Assembly: GCA_963728945.1 (NCBI GenBank)
Contig: CAVSMA010000002.1
Location: 1,250,723 to 1,314,722, forward strand
Direction of reading: 5' to 3'
Source of the DNA: an uncultured Actinomycetota bacterium
GTDB taxonomy: Bacteria; Actinomycetota; Actinomycetes; Mycobacteriales; CADCTP01
DNA: 64,000 bases
The stretch's first letter is position 1; the number at the start of each line of letters is the position of its first letter. The position numbers and the translations under genes were made by a program. Of the stretch, positions 35,760 to 44,934 are shown piece after piece. The notes below the pieces were generated by a model that was not told the DNA's origin, did no database searches, and was given only the letters and a program-made list of their open reading frames with translations.

Positions 35760-37853
35760 GTGACGACCATCGCGCAGTTTCCGGGCGAGCTGCTGACCAA
35801 GGCCCTGGTCCGGTACGTCGAGGTGCCGGGGTTGGCCGGCGAGCTGGCGCTGATCACGCTGGACAACGGCGAGGACCACACGAAGCCGTCGACGTTCGGC
35901 CCCGGCGGGCTGCTGTCACTGGACGCCGCGCTGGACGAGATCGAGGCGCACACCCCGGCGGTGGCGGCGATCGCGGTGACCGGCAAGCCGTTCGTCCTCG
36001 CCGTCGGCGCCGACCTGACCGGCATCCCGCACATCCCCGACCGGGCCGCGGCGGTCGAGCTGGGCCGGCTCGGCCACCGGGTGTTCCGCCGGCTGCACGA
36101 CAGCGCGGTGCCCACGTTCGCCTTCGTCAACGGCGTGGCGATGGGCGGCGGGCTGGAGATCGCGCTGCACTGCCACTACCGCACGCTGTCCCGCTCGGCC
36201 GCGATGCTGGCGATGCCGGAGGTGTTCCTCGGGCTGGTGCCGGGCTGGGGTGGCACGCAGCTGCTGCCCGCCCTGGTCGGCGCGGCCAACGCGGTGACCA
36301 TGATCCTGGACAACCCGCTCAACCAGAACCGCATCCTCAAGCCCGACCAGGCGATGCGGCTCGGGCTCGCGGACGTGCTGCTGGACGGCGCCGACTTCCT
36401 GGCGGAGTCGCTGCGCTGGGCGGCGCGGGTGGTGTCCGGGGCGCAGACCGTCGCGCGGCCCGAGGTCGACCGCGGCGCCGCCTGGGACGACGCGCTCGCC
36501 CGGGGCCGGGCGCTGGTCGACGCGAAGGTGCACGGCGCCGCACCGGCCCCGTACCGGGCGCTGGAGCTGCTGGCGCTGGCCCGCGGCGAGGACCTCGAGG
36601 CCGGGTTCGCGGCCGAGGACGAGGCGCTCGCCGACCTGGTCTTCAGCGACGAGCTGCGCGCCGGGCTGTACGCGTTCGACCTGACGCAGAAGCGCGCCCG
36701 CCGGCCGGCCGGAGCGCCGGACCGGTCGCTGGCCCGGCCGGTGACCAAGGTCGGCGTGATCGGCGCCGGCCTGATGGCCGGCCAGCTCGCGCTGCTGTTC
36801 GCCCGCCGGCTGCACGTGCCGGTCGTGCTGACCGACCTCGACCAGGAGCGGCTCGACCGGGGGGTCGGCTACGTGCGCGGCGAGATCGACGCGCTGCTCG
36901 GCCGGAAGCGGATCGGCCCGGACGAGGCCAACCGGCTGCGGGGTCTGGTGACCGGCTCGCTGACGAAGGACGCGTTCGCGGACGCCGAGTTCGTCATCGA
37001 GGCGGTGTTCGAGGAGATGGCGGTCAAGCAGCAGGTGCTGGCCGAGGTCGAGGCCGAGGTCTCGGCCGAGTGCGTGCTGGCGACCAACACCTCCTCGCTG
37101 TCGGTGTCGGAGATGGCGGCCGGGCTGGCCCACCCCGAGCGGGTGGTCGGCTTCCACTTCTTCAACCCGGTCGCGGTGCTGCCGCTGCTCGAGGTGGTCC
37201 GCGGCGCCGGCACCGACGACGCGACGCTGGCCACCGCGTTCGCCGTCGGGCGGGAGCTGAAGAAGTCCTGCGTGCTGGTGAAGGACGCGCCGGCGTTCGT
37301 GGTGAACCGGCTGCTGACCCGGTTCCTCGGCGAGGTGACGGCGGCGGTGGACGAGGGCACGCCGGTGGCCGTCGCGGACCGGGCGCTGGCGCCGCTGGGG
37401 CTGCCGATGTCGCCGTTCACGTTGCTCGCGCTCGTCGGACCGGCGGTCGCGCTGCACGTGGGCGAGACGCTGCACGCGGCGTACCCGCGGCGGTTCGGGG
37501 TGAGCGAGAACCTCGGCCGGCTCGTCGCGGCGGGCAAGCCGGGCGTGCTCGCCTGGGGACCGTCGGGATCCGAGCTGGACCCGGAGGTGGCCGCGCTGTT
37601 CGTGGTCGGCGACCGGCCGTCCACCGAGGAGCAGGTGCGGGAGCGCGCGCTGGCGGCGCTGGCCGAGGAGTCCAGGATCTTGCTGGACGAGGGCGTGGTC
37701 GCGCAGCCACAGGACGTGGACCTGTGCATGTTGCTCGGCGCGGGCTGGCCGTTCCACCTCGGCGGGATCCTGCCCTACCTGGACCGCGTCGGCGTCTCCG
37801 AGCGGGTCACCGGCCGCCGCTTCCTCCCACCCGGCGTGGCCAGCGTCGGCTGA
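35760..37853 (+). CDS. fadB: bifunctional enoyl-CoA hydratase / 3-hydroxyacyl-CoA dehydrogenase
   Basis: 697 aa. Crotonase N-terminal domain. NAD fold VGVIGAGLMAGQLA. Block TNTSSLSVSEMA...GFHFFNP. Confidence 0.9.
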   Translation: MTTIAQFPGELLTKALVRYVEVPGLAGELALITLDNGEDHTKPSTFGPGGLLSLDAALDEIEAHTPAVAAIAVTGKPFVLAVGADLTGIPHIPDRAAAVELGRLGHRVFRRLHDSAVPTFAFVNGVAMGGGLEIALHCHYRTLSRSAAMLAMPEVFLGLVPGWGGTQLLPALVGAANAVTMILDNPLNQNRILKPDQAMRLGLADVLLDGADFLAESLRWAARVVSGAQTVARPEVDRGAAWDDALARGRALVDAKVHGAAPAPYRALELLALARGEDLEAGFAAEDEALADLVFSDELRAGLYAFDLTQKRARRPAGAPDRSLARPVTKVGVIGAGLMAGQLALLFARRLHVPVVLTDLDQERLDRGVGYVRGEIDALLGRKRIGPDEANRLRGLVTGSLTKDAFADAEFVIEAVFEEMAVKQQVLAEVEAEVSAECVLATNTSSLSVSEMAAGLAHPERVVGFHFFNPVAVLPLLEVVRGAGTDDATLATAFAVGRELKKSCVLVKDAPAFVVNRLLTRFLGEVTAAVDEGTPVAVADRALAPLGLPMSPFTLLALVGPAVALHVGETLHAAYPRRFGVSENLGRLVAAGKPGVLAWGPSGSELDPEVAALFVVGDRPSTEEQVRERALAALAEESRILLDEGVVAQPQDVDLCMLLGAGWPFHLGGILPYLDRVGVSERVTGRRFLPPGVASVG

Positions 37854-37874
37854 CCTTGGTCAGGACGGGGGCGG

Positions 37875-38600
37875 TCAGGTCCGCACCGGCTTCCAGGCGC
37901 CGATGCGGACGGAGACCCCGGCCGAGTGGTGGACCAGCGGTCGGCCCTGGGGTGCGGGCAGGCCCGCCGCCTCGATCAGGTGTTCGGTCAGGTCGAGTGC
38001 CCGGGCGCGGGCCAGCGGCCAGGGCGGGTGCTCGGCGTGCGCGTACACCAGACGGCCCGCAACCGACGCGTAGAGCACGTACCGCGCGGTCAGGAAGTGG
38101 TCGAGCTCGCCGAGCTCGTCGACCCGGTACGGATCGCCCACCTCGACCAGCGCGCGGCACCCGGCGCCCGACGGTCCGGGCCAGCGCCGCCGGCTGTCGT
38201 ACCGCACCCGCCGGCCGTCCTCGACGACGCCCATGTCGGCCCAGAAGTAGCGCAGCCAGTAGGTGGTTCTGGCCGCGAGCACCGCGGGCAGGCGCGCCGC
38301 GTCGAGCGAGAAGAACCAGATGGCCGACTGCCCGTCCGGCCCCCGGACGTAGGTCCGCACGTTGGTCTCCGGAAACTGCGACAGCCACGGGACGGCCGGC
38401 ACGCCGGGGATCCGTACATCCCGCATCCGGAACGGCACCAACCCGACCCAGGCCTGCCCGTCGACCGACTCCACCTCGAGACCTCGGGGCAGCAACCGCT
38501 GCAGCACCGGCGGACGGTACGGCCAGTGCAGAAAGGTGACGGTGCTCCACTCGTGCAGCATGATCGGCCGGGCGACGGTAGGGGGTGACGGAGCGTCCAT
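37875..38600 (-). CDS. DUF2071 domain protein
   Basis: 241 aa. Blocks WSTVTFLHWPY, GLVPFRM, FPETNVRTYV and LTARY. Confidence 0.75.
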   Translation of the reverse strand: MDAPSPPTVARPIMLHEWSTVTFLHWPYRPPVLQRLLPRGLEVESVDGQAWVGLVPFRMRDVRIPGVPAVPWLSQFPETNVRTYVRGPDGQSAIWFFSLDAARLPAVLAARTTYWLRYFWADMGVVEDGRRVRYDSRRRWPGPSGAGCRALVEVGDPYRVDELGELDHFLTARYVLYASVAGRLVYAHAEHPPWPLARARALDLTEHLIEAAGLPAPQGRPLVHHSAGVSVRIGAWKPVRT

Positions 38601-38953
38601 CCCGGCAGTCTGGTTCAGCGCCGGTTTGGAGCCAATCGCCGCCGCGGACCGGGCGCGAGCGAGCGCACGAAGACCTGTGGGCGACCCGCCCGCAGCACGG
38701 GGATCCGCAGGCGGGTCGCGTGTGTGAGCGTACCCAATTGATCATCGACGCAGTGGTCGGTCTCCTGGTCCCAGAGAGTGGAACCTGCGGCCGAGGACCT
38801 GTGCGGAGAGGCGATCCTGGCGCCCCGGGAAGGACCGCCGCTGGGGGGAAGGACCACTGACCCGAAGCCCGATGACGCCCGGCGCAGCAGAGATTTCCGC
38901 GAGCGGACAGGTGCGCCGTCAACCCAGCAGGGGCGCCGGCTAACGATGGTTAG

Positions 38954-39128
38954 CCTAGGGCGTGTCTCCCCATTGGCGGTGGATGCCGGCGGCGTCCAGG
39001 CGGCGTCCGGCAAGGCGGCGGGGCCGGCCGGTACCGGGGTTGTCTCGGCCGGCCCCCGCCGGCGCCGGCGCCGGTCGACGGCTTGGCGTCGTCGGGCGCC
39101 GCCAGCCAGTGGGGAGACATCACCTAGG
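38954..39128. repeat. 175-bp imperfect palindromic element bounded by 23-bp inverted repeats
   Basis: Left arm cctagggcgtgtctccccattgg (38954-38976) matches the right arm ccagtggggagacatcacctagg (39106-39128) at 19 of 23 positions in inverted orientation. The core holds a perfect 11-bp stem, ggggccggccg...cggccggcccc. The right arm covers the stop codon of gene 39124-40470. Confidence 0.6.
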
Positions 39129-40470
39129 CCTGGGCGACGTCGGTGGCCGGCGGGAGCTCGGCGGCGATCGTGAAGCCGTCGGTGTTGCCGGGCGTGTAGT
39201 AGACGATCCGGCCGTCCGGGCGGACCGCCAGCACCCGGCCGGACGCGGTGAAGCTCGGCGGCGCGCTGGTGAGCACCGGGGGCCCGCCCTCCAGCGCGAC
39301 GACGTTGATCGCGCCGTTGGTGGTCGCGTTGGTCGGGCCGACGAGCATCCAGGCGTAGTCGTTGGTCCGGCCGAGCACCGCGAACGTGTGGCCGCGGGCG
39401 TCGAGCGTGCCCGGGCCGATCACCTGGATCGCGGCCAGGCTGGGCAGCAGCCGCGGCTCGTCCGAGGCGCCCGGCCGGGGCGAGATCACCCCGAGCCGGC
39501 GGACCTCGTCGCGCAGCAGCACGGTCTCGCCGGCCGCGGCGACCGCCTCCGCGGCGGCCAGGAACCGGGCCCGGCCGTCGTAGCCGACCACCAGCGTGGT
39601 CAGCGGCACCCCGTTCGGGCCGGTCGACGGCACCGACGACGCGGTCGTGTACGGCGGGGTCGTCGGCGTCGGGGTCGTCGGGGTCGTCGGCGTCGGGATC
39701 GCGGTGACCGGTGACCGGGTGGTGCGCGGGGTGCGCCCGGCGTCGGCGGGCACGGTGCCGGTCGGGGCCGGCGTGGTCGACGTCGGCGTCGGCTGCGGGG
39801 TCGGCGTCTTCACCCGGTCCGGGGTGAGCGGCGGGTCGGGCACGGTGCCGGCGGAGACGATCAGCCCGTACGGCGTGTCGGCGACCAGCCGGGTCCGCGG
39901 CGGCAGCCGGGTCGAGTGGTGCGCGCCGCCGGTCAGCGGGACCCGGGTGGCCACGCCGCGGGAGACCACCCAGACCGCCTTCCCGTCGGCGCTCGGGACG
40001 GCGACCTCGGCCCGGCCGAGCGCGACCGGCTTCCGGTTGCCGCCCAGCGCGTACGCGACCGTGGGGTTGGTGGGCAGCAGCCGGCCCAGCACGACGTACC
40101 GGCCCTGCTGGTCCCAGGCTCGCAGCGCGGTGAACCGGCGCGGCAGCGGGATCCGGGTGGCCTTCTTGGCCAGCGTGTCGAACCGGTAGAGCCGGCCGTC
40201 GACGACGACGAGCAGGTCGCCGACGCTGCGCGGGTAGGACTGGACGGCCGGGACCGAGCGGCCGCTGTCCCGGGACGCCGGCGGTGGCTGGCCCTGGACG
40301 ACGCCGACCACGACGGCGACGGCGAGCAGCGCGATCGCGGTGCTCGGCCGGCGTACCCATCGGGACAGCCGGGACGGTCGTCGCGGCGGCCGGATCCCGA
40401 CCGGGCCGTCCGCCGCCCCGGCCGACGTCTCGGACAGGCGCGACACGCGGGCCATTGTTCCAGTCCGCAC
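39124..40470 (-). CDS. membrane-anchored hypothetical protein: two beta-rich domains joined by a Pro/Thr linker
   Basis: 448 aa. Cytoplasmic Arg-rich N-terminus, then one TM (TAIALLAVAVVVGVV). A Pro/Thr-rich linker of about 70 aa (including PTPTTPTTPTPTTPP) comes from short GGGGTCGTC/GGCGTC-type repeats near 39650-39720. No family recognised. Confidence 0.6.
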   Translation of the reverse strand: MRTGTMARVSRLSETSAGAADGPVGIRPPRRPSRLSRWVRRPSTAIALLAVAVVVGVVQGQPPPASRDSGRSVPAVQSYPRSVGDLLVVVDGRLYRFDTLAKKATRIPLPRRFTALRAWDQQGRYVVLGRLLPTNPTVAYALGGNRKPVALGRAEVAVPSADGKAVWVVSRGVATRVPLTGGAHHSTRLPPRTRLVADTPYGLIVSAGTVPDPPLTPDRVKTPTPQPTPTSTTPAPTGTVPADAGRTPRTTRSPVTAIPTPTTPTTPTPTTPPYTTASSVPSTGPNGVPLTTLVVGYDGRARFLAAAEAVAAAGETVLLRDEVRRLGVISPRPGASDEPRLLPSLAAIQVIGPGTLDARGHTFAVLGRTNDYAWMLVGPTNATTNGAINVVALEGGPPVLTSAPPSFTASGRVLAVRPDGRIVYYTPGNTDGFTIAAELPPATDVAQA

Positions 40471-40487
40471 CTGTCGCCCCGCCGCCG

Positions 40488-40617
40488 CCCGACCCTCCCG
40501 CCCGAACCCGGCGGCGAACGCGAGACGGGCGGCGGCGACGGGTGACCCGCCCCCCGACCCTCCCGCCCCACCCCGTCGGCGGAACGCGAGACGGGCGGAG
40601 GCGACGGTGACCCGCCC
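40488..40617. repeat. 65-bp tandem repeat, 2 copies, about 85% identical, intergenic
   Basis: Copy 1 (40488-40552): cccgaccctcccgcccgaacccggcggcgaacgcgagacgggcggcggcgacgggtgacccgcccc. Copy 2 (40553-40617): cccgaccctcccgccccaccccgtcggcggaacgcgagacgggcggaggcgacggtgacccgccc. Lies between the kinase stop and the downstream gene's start. Confidence 0.85.
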
Positions 40618-40635
40618 GATCGGGGTGGGTGCGGG

Positions 40636-41790
40636 TCAGACGGGGACAGGGGCGCGGGTGGGGGCGGGGAGGCGGACGGTGACCTCGAGTCCACCCTCGG
40701 AGCGGGCGGCGGCGGAGACCGCTCCCCCGTGCGCGGCGGCGACCGCGCGGACGATCGACAGGCCGAGCCCGGCCCCGCGCGAGCCGGTGCGTGCCGTGCC
40801 GCCCCGGCGGAACGGCTGGAACAGCTCGTCGACCTCCCCGGCCGGCACCGCCGGACCGGTGTTGAGCACGGACAGGAACGCCCCGGACTCGGTGCCGGTC
40901 CGCACGGTCACCCAGCCGCCGTCGACGTTGTGCCGGACCGCGTTCTCGACCAGGTTGCCGACCAGCCGTTCCAGCAGCTCCGGGTCGCCCTCGACCGGCG
41001 CCGGCCTGGTCTCGGTGGACACGGCCAGCCCGCGGGCGGACGCCTCCGGCGCGACCGCGGCGACCGCGGCCGGCACCAGCGAGGCGAGGTCGACCGGCTC
41101 CCGCTGCGCCAGCCCCTGCCGCGCCTGCCCGTCGCTGCGGGCCAGCACGAGCAGCGCGTCGACCAGCCGGTCGGCCCGCATGCTCGCCTCCCGCACCACC
41201 TCGCCCATCGTCCGCAGCTCGGCGATCGACGCGCCAGGGTCGCCGAGGGTCACGTCGACCTCGGTGCGGATCACCGACAGCGGCGTACGCAGCTCGTGCG
41301 AGGCGTTGGCGACGAACCGCCGCTGGCTGTCGAACGCCGCGTCCAGCCGGGCCAGCATCGCGTCGAACGTGTCGGCCAGCTCCTTGAGCTCGTCCGCCGG
41401 CCCGTCCAGCGCGATCCGCTGGTCCAGCGTCTCGTCGGAGAGCCGGCGCGCGGTCGCGGTGACCCGGCTGACCGGCTGCAGCGCCCGCCCGGCCAGTACG
41501 TACGCGGCGGCGACCCCGACGACCGCGACCACCACGAACACCAGCCCGGCCGAGCGCAGCAGCTCGCTGCGGGCCGAGTCCCGGACCAGCTGGGAGAACT
41601 GCTCCGAGGTCAGCGACGAGCCGTCGCCGAACTGCAGCCGCACCCCGGGCGGGAACCGCGGCAGCGACCGGATCGCCCGGTCCAGCACGATCAGCGCGAC
41701 GCCGAGCAGCGTCGCCGCCAGCACCGCCAGCAGCCCGCCGTAGAGCAGGGTGAGCCGCAGCCGCAACGTGAGCACCGGCCGGCGGGTCAC
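40636..41790 (-). CDS. sensor histidine kinase (HAMP + HisKA + HATPase_c)
   Basis: GTG 41790, 384 aa. Two TM segments flank a loop of about 45 aa. H-box FVANASHELRTPL. Blocks LVENAVRHN and GAGLGLSIV. Confidence 0.85.
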   Translation of the reverse strand: MTRRPVLTLRLRLTLLYGGLLAVLAATLLGVALIVLDRAIRSLPRFPPGVRLQFGDGSSLTSEQFSQLVRDSARSELLRSAGLVFVVVAVVGVAAAYVLAGRALQPVSRVTATARRLSDETLDQRIALDGPADELKELADTFDAMLARLDAAFDSQRRFVANASHELRTPLSVIRTEVDVTLGDPGASIAELRTMGEVVREASMRADRLVDALLVLARSDGQARQGLAQREPVDLASLVPAAVAAVAPEASARGLAVSTETRPAPVEGDPELLERLVGNLVENAVRHNVDGGWVTVRTGTESGAFLSVLNTGPAVPAGEVDELFQPFRRGGTARTGSRGAGLGLSIVRAVAAAHGGAVSAAARSEGGLEVTVRLPAPTRAPVPV

Positions 41791-41798
41791 GGTCGCCC

Positions 41799-42491
41799 CT
41801 ACCCCGCCGCCGCGGCGTCGCCGGCGCTGTCGGCGGCCGGCACCCGGTAGCCGGCGCCGACCACGGTCTCGACCAGACCGGGCTCGCCCAGTTTGCGGCG
41901 CAGCGTCATCACCGTGACCCGGACCGTCGTGGTGAACGGGTCGGCGTTCTCGTCCCAGACCCGGTCGAGCAGTTCCTCGCTGGAGACCACCCCACCGCGG
42001 GCGGCGAGCAGCACCTCCAGCACGCCGAACTCCTTGCGGGTCAGCTCGATCGGCCGGCCGGCCCGGGCGACCGTCCGCCGCGCGGCGTCCAGCACCAGGT
42101 CGCCGGCGACCAGCACCGGCGGCGCCGGTGGGGTGGAGCGGCGGCCGAGCGCCCGCACCCTGGCCGTCAGCTCGGCGAACGCGAACGGCTTGGCCATGTA
42201 GTCGTCGGCGCCGAGGGACAGGCCCTCGACCCGGTCGGCGACGGTGCCGCTGGCGGTGAGCATGAGCACCCGGGTGAGCGCGCCCTCGGCGGCCAGCTGC
42301 CGGCACAGCTCGTCGCCGGACATCCCGGGCAGGTCGCGATCGAGCACGATCACGTCGTACCGGGTCACCGTGGCCTTCTCGTGCCCGTCCACCCCGTCGT
42401 ACGCGACGTCGACCGCCATGCCATCGCGCCGCAGCCCGCGCGCCACCGCGTCGGCCAGTGCCGCCTCGTCCTCCACCACCAGCACCCGCAC
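41799..42491 (-). CDS. OmpR-family response regulator
   Basis: GTG 42491 opens VRVLVVEDE. Blocks DVIVLDRDLPGMSG, ADDYMAKPF and the winged-helix LTRKEFGVLEVL...GAGYRV. Confidence 0.85.
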   Translation of the reverse strand: MRVLVVEDEAALADAVARGLRRDGMAVDVAYDGVDGHEKATVTRYDVIVLDRDLPGMSGDELCRQLAAEGALTRVLMLTASGTVADRVEGLSLGADDYMAKPFAFAELTARVRALGRRSTPPAPPVLVAGDLVLDAARRTVARAGRPIELTRKEFGVLEVLLAARGGVVSSEELLDRVWDENADPFTTTVRVTVMTLRRKLGEPGLVETVVGAGYRVPAADSAGDAAAAG

Positions 42492-42674
42492 GCGTCCAGT
42501 CTGCCCGAACCGGCTGCAGTACGCCTCGGGCCGCCGTCCGGATCGGGGGGAAACACCGGTGTGACGGCGATTCGCCCGATGGTTCACCTGTCGACGGGCT
42601 GTTACTCGATCGTTACGGCACCGCGGACGTTAACTCTCCCGTCACGCTTGCCGCTCCCAGAGCACCGTGCATAT

Positions 42675-42690
42675 GTTGTCGCCCACAACA
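42675..42690. promoter_or_regulatory. AT-rich palindrome TGTTGT-cgcc-ACAACA, candidate operator upstream of the sugar ABC operon
   Basis: 6-bp perfect inverted arms in the low-GC 320-bp region between the response regulator and the binding-protein gene, about 125 nt before ATG 42815. A ROK regulator gene ends the same operon. Confidence 0.3.
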
Positions 42691-42814
42691 ATTAGAGGCA
42701 GGCGCGGTGGCGGTGTGCACCCAGCCTTCCGCGGGGCCGGTGCGACCATGCACCGGGTCCAGGGCCCTGCTTGCGGGTGCACGCCGACCAGGAGCCAGGA
42801 AAGGACCCGGATCC

Positions 42815-43930
42815 ATGCGCAAGCGTCACACGATGGCCGCGGCGGCGCTCGCCGCGACCGCACTCCTGCTTGCCGCCTGTGGGGGCGACAACAACGGCTC
42901 GAGCAGCGGCTCGGGCGGAGGCGGGAGCGGCAGCTCGAGCGGGAAGGTCGGCGTGATCCTTCCCGACGCCTCGACCTCGCCGCGCTGGGAGTCCAACGAC
43001 CGGCCGCTGCTCAAGGCGGCGTTCGACAAGGCGGGCCTGCAGTCCGACATCCAGAACGCGAACGGCGACAAGTCGAAGTTCGGCACGATCTGCGACAGCA
43101 TGATCAACTCCGGTGTGAACGTCCTGATGATCGTCAACCTGGACAGCGACTCCGGCACCGCGTGCCTCAAGAAGGCGCAGACCGCCGGCGTCAAGACGAT
43201 CGACTACGACCGGCTGACCCTGGGCGGCGGCGCCTCCTACTACGTCTCGTTCGACAACGTCGAGGTCGGCAAGCTGATGGGCGAGGGCCTGCAGAAGTGC
43301 CTGACCGACGCGGGCAAGACCAACGCCAACATCGTCTTCATCAACGGCGACCCGACCGACAACAACGCGGCGCTGTTCAAGCAGGGCTACGCCGAGGCGC
43401 TGAAGCCGGCGATCGACTCCGGCAAGTACAAGCTGGTCGGCGACCAGACCGGTAAGTGGGACGCCACCGTGGCCGGCACCGCCTTCGAGCAGATCTACAC
43501 GCAGAACGGCGGCAAGGTCGACGGCGTCGTCTCCGCTAACGACACGATGGCCGGCGGGATCATCGCCCGGCTCAAGGCCAACAACCTCGCCGGCAAGGTG
43601 CCGGTGACCGGCCAGGACGCGACGGTGCCCGGTCTGCAGGCGATCCTCGCCGGCCAGCAGTGCATGACCGTCTACAAGGCCGTCAAGAAGGAGGCGGACG
43701 CCGCCTCGTCGCTGGCCATCGCCCTGATCAAGAACCAGGACACGTCCAGCATCGTCAACGGCTCGGTCAAGGACACCGTCCTCAACAAGGACGTCCCGTC
43801 CGCGCTGCAGACCCCGGTGTCGATCTTCAAGGCCAACGTGAAGGACGTCATCGACGACGGCTTCCAGAAGGCCTCGGACGTCTGCACCGCGCAGTTCGCC
43901 TCGGCCTGCCAGGCGGCAGGCATCTCCTGA
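42815..43930 (+). CDS. sugar ABC transporter substrate-binding lipoprotein (XylF/ribose-binding fold)
   Basis: ATG 42815 follows GGAAAGGA. Lipobox LLAACGG, then a Gly/Ser linker. Blocks KVGVILPD, VLMIVNLDSD and VTGQDAT. Confidence 0.85.
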   Translation: MRKRHTMAAAALAATALLLAACGGDNNGSSSGSGGGGSGSSSGKVGVILPDASTSPRWESNDRPLLKAAFDKAGLQSDIQNANGDKSKFGTICDSMINSGVNVLMIVNLDSDSGTACLKKAQTAGVKTIDYDRLTLGGGASYYVSFDNVEVGKLMGEGLQKCLTDAGKTNANIVFINGDPTDNNAALFKQGYAEALKPAIDSGKYKLVGDQTGKWDATVAGTAFEQIYTQNGGKVDGVVSANDTMAGGIIARLKANNLAGKVPVTGQDATVPGLQAILAGQQCMTVYKAVKKEADAASSLAIALIKNQDTSSIVNGSVKDTVLNKDVPSALQTPVSIFKANVKDVIDDGFQKASDVCTAQFASACQAAGIS

Positions 43931-43939
43931 CCCCTCGGC

Positions 43940-43970
43940 GGGGGCCTGGTCCGGCGCGGACCGGGCCCCC
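43940..43970 (+). promoter_or_regulatory. intra-operon 14-bp stem-loop after the binding-protein gene
   Basis: gggggcctggtccg gcg cggaccgggccccc (one mismatch), 10 nt after the stop at 43930. Confidence 0.5.
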
Positions 43971-44028
43971 GTTCCGGGTGGGATAGTCGCGCCACGACCG
44001 GAAATCCGCCTCGGGGAAGAGGGTCAGC

Positions 44029-44934
44029 ATGACGATGCCGAGCGCCACCGCGACAGCGCCCCCCGTGGGCGACGAGCAACCGATCCTGTCGCTGCGGGGC
44101 GTGAACAAGAGCTTCGGTGCGGTGCACGTCCTGCAGGACGTCGACTTCGACGCCTACCTGGGCGAGGTCACCGCGCTGGTCGGGGACAACGGTGCCGGCA
44201 AGTCGACGCTGATCAAGGGCGTCGCCGGCAGCCACACGTTCGACTCCGGCGAGTACCTCTTCGAGGGCCGCCGGGTCACGGTGCACAGCCCGAAGGACGC
44301 CAACGCCCTCGGCATCGAGGTCGTCTACCAGGACCTCGCCCTGTGCGACAACCTCGACATCGTGGACAACCTCTTCCTCGGCCGCGAGCTGACCAAGCGC
44401 GGCGTGCTGGACGAGGAGACCATGGAGAAGCGGGCGGTGGAGACCCTCGCCGGCCTCTCGGTCCGTACGGTCCGCAGCATCCGCCAGCAGGTCGCGAGCC
44501 TGTCCGGTGGCCAGCGACAGACGGTCGCGATCGCCCGCTCCGTGCTGTGGAACTCCAAGCTCGTCGTCCTCGACGAGCCCACCGCCGCGCTCGGCGTCGC
44601 GCAGACCGAGCAGGTGCTGCGGCTGGTCCGCCGGCTCGCCGACCGCGGGCTGGCGGTCGTGCTCATCAGCCACAACCTCAACGACGTGTTCGCCGTCGCC
44701 GACCGCATCTCGGTGCTCTACCTCGGCCGGATGGCCGCCCAGGTGAAGGCCAAGGACGTCACCTCAAACCAGGTCGTGGAGCTCATCACGACCAGCCGGT
44801 CCGGCTCGATCGGATTGCCCACCGAGCTGGAGCCCGACGCCGAAGACCTGCAGGAGGGAATCGCCGAGGACGCGGCCGCGGAGGGCGAGACCGTCAGCAC
44901 GCCGCCCGCCGGGACGAGGAAGGACACCCCATGA
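44029..44934 (+). CDS. sugar ABC transporter ATP-binding protein (single cassette)
   Basis: Walker A GDNGAGKST, signature LSGGQRQ, Walker B LVVLDEPTAAL. Acidic C-terminal tail. Confidence 0.85.
   Translation: MTMPSATATAPPVGDEQPILSLRGVNKSFGAVHVLQDVDFDAYLGEVTALVGDNGAGKSTLIKGVAGSHTFDSGEYLFEGRRVTVHSPKDANALGIEVVYQDLALCDNLDIVDNLFLGRELTKRGVLDEETMEKRAVETLAGLSVRTVRSIRQQVASLSGGQRQTVAIARSVLWNSKLVVLDEPTAALGVAQTEQVLRLVRRLADRGLAVVLISHNLNDVFAVADRISVLYLGRMAAQVKAKDVTSNQVVELITTSRSGSIGLPTELEPDAEDLQEGIAEDAAAEGETVSTPPAGTRKDTP

Noticed and set aside
38740-38790. Cobalamin riboswitch (the core CCAGGAGACC of the B12 box occurs on the minus strand)
   Set aside because: The flanks of the box do not fit. The other expected elements (GCCACTG, GGGAAGG) are either absent or on the opposite strand. 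A ydaO/c-di-AMP-like reading was also unconvincing. Left as an unclassified structured region.
38778-39173. 131-aa plus-strand ORF in the long intergenic region
   Set aside because: Low-complexity Arg/Gly/Pro translation with no SD. It spans the palindromic element and the lower-GC region, and has no family resemblance.
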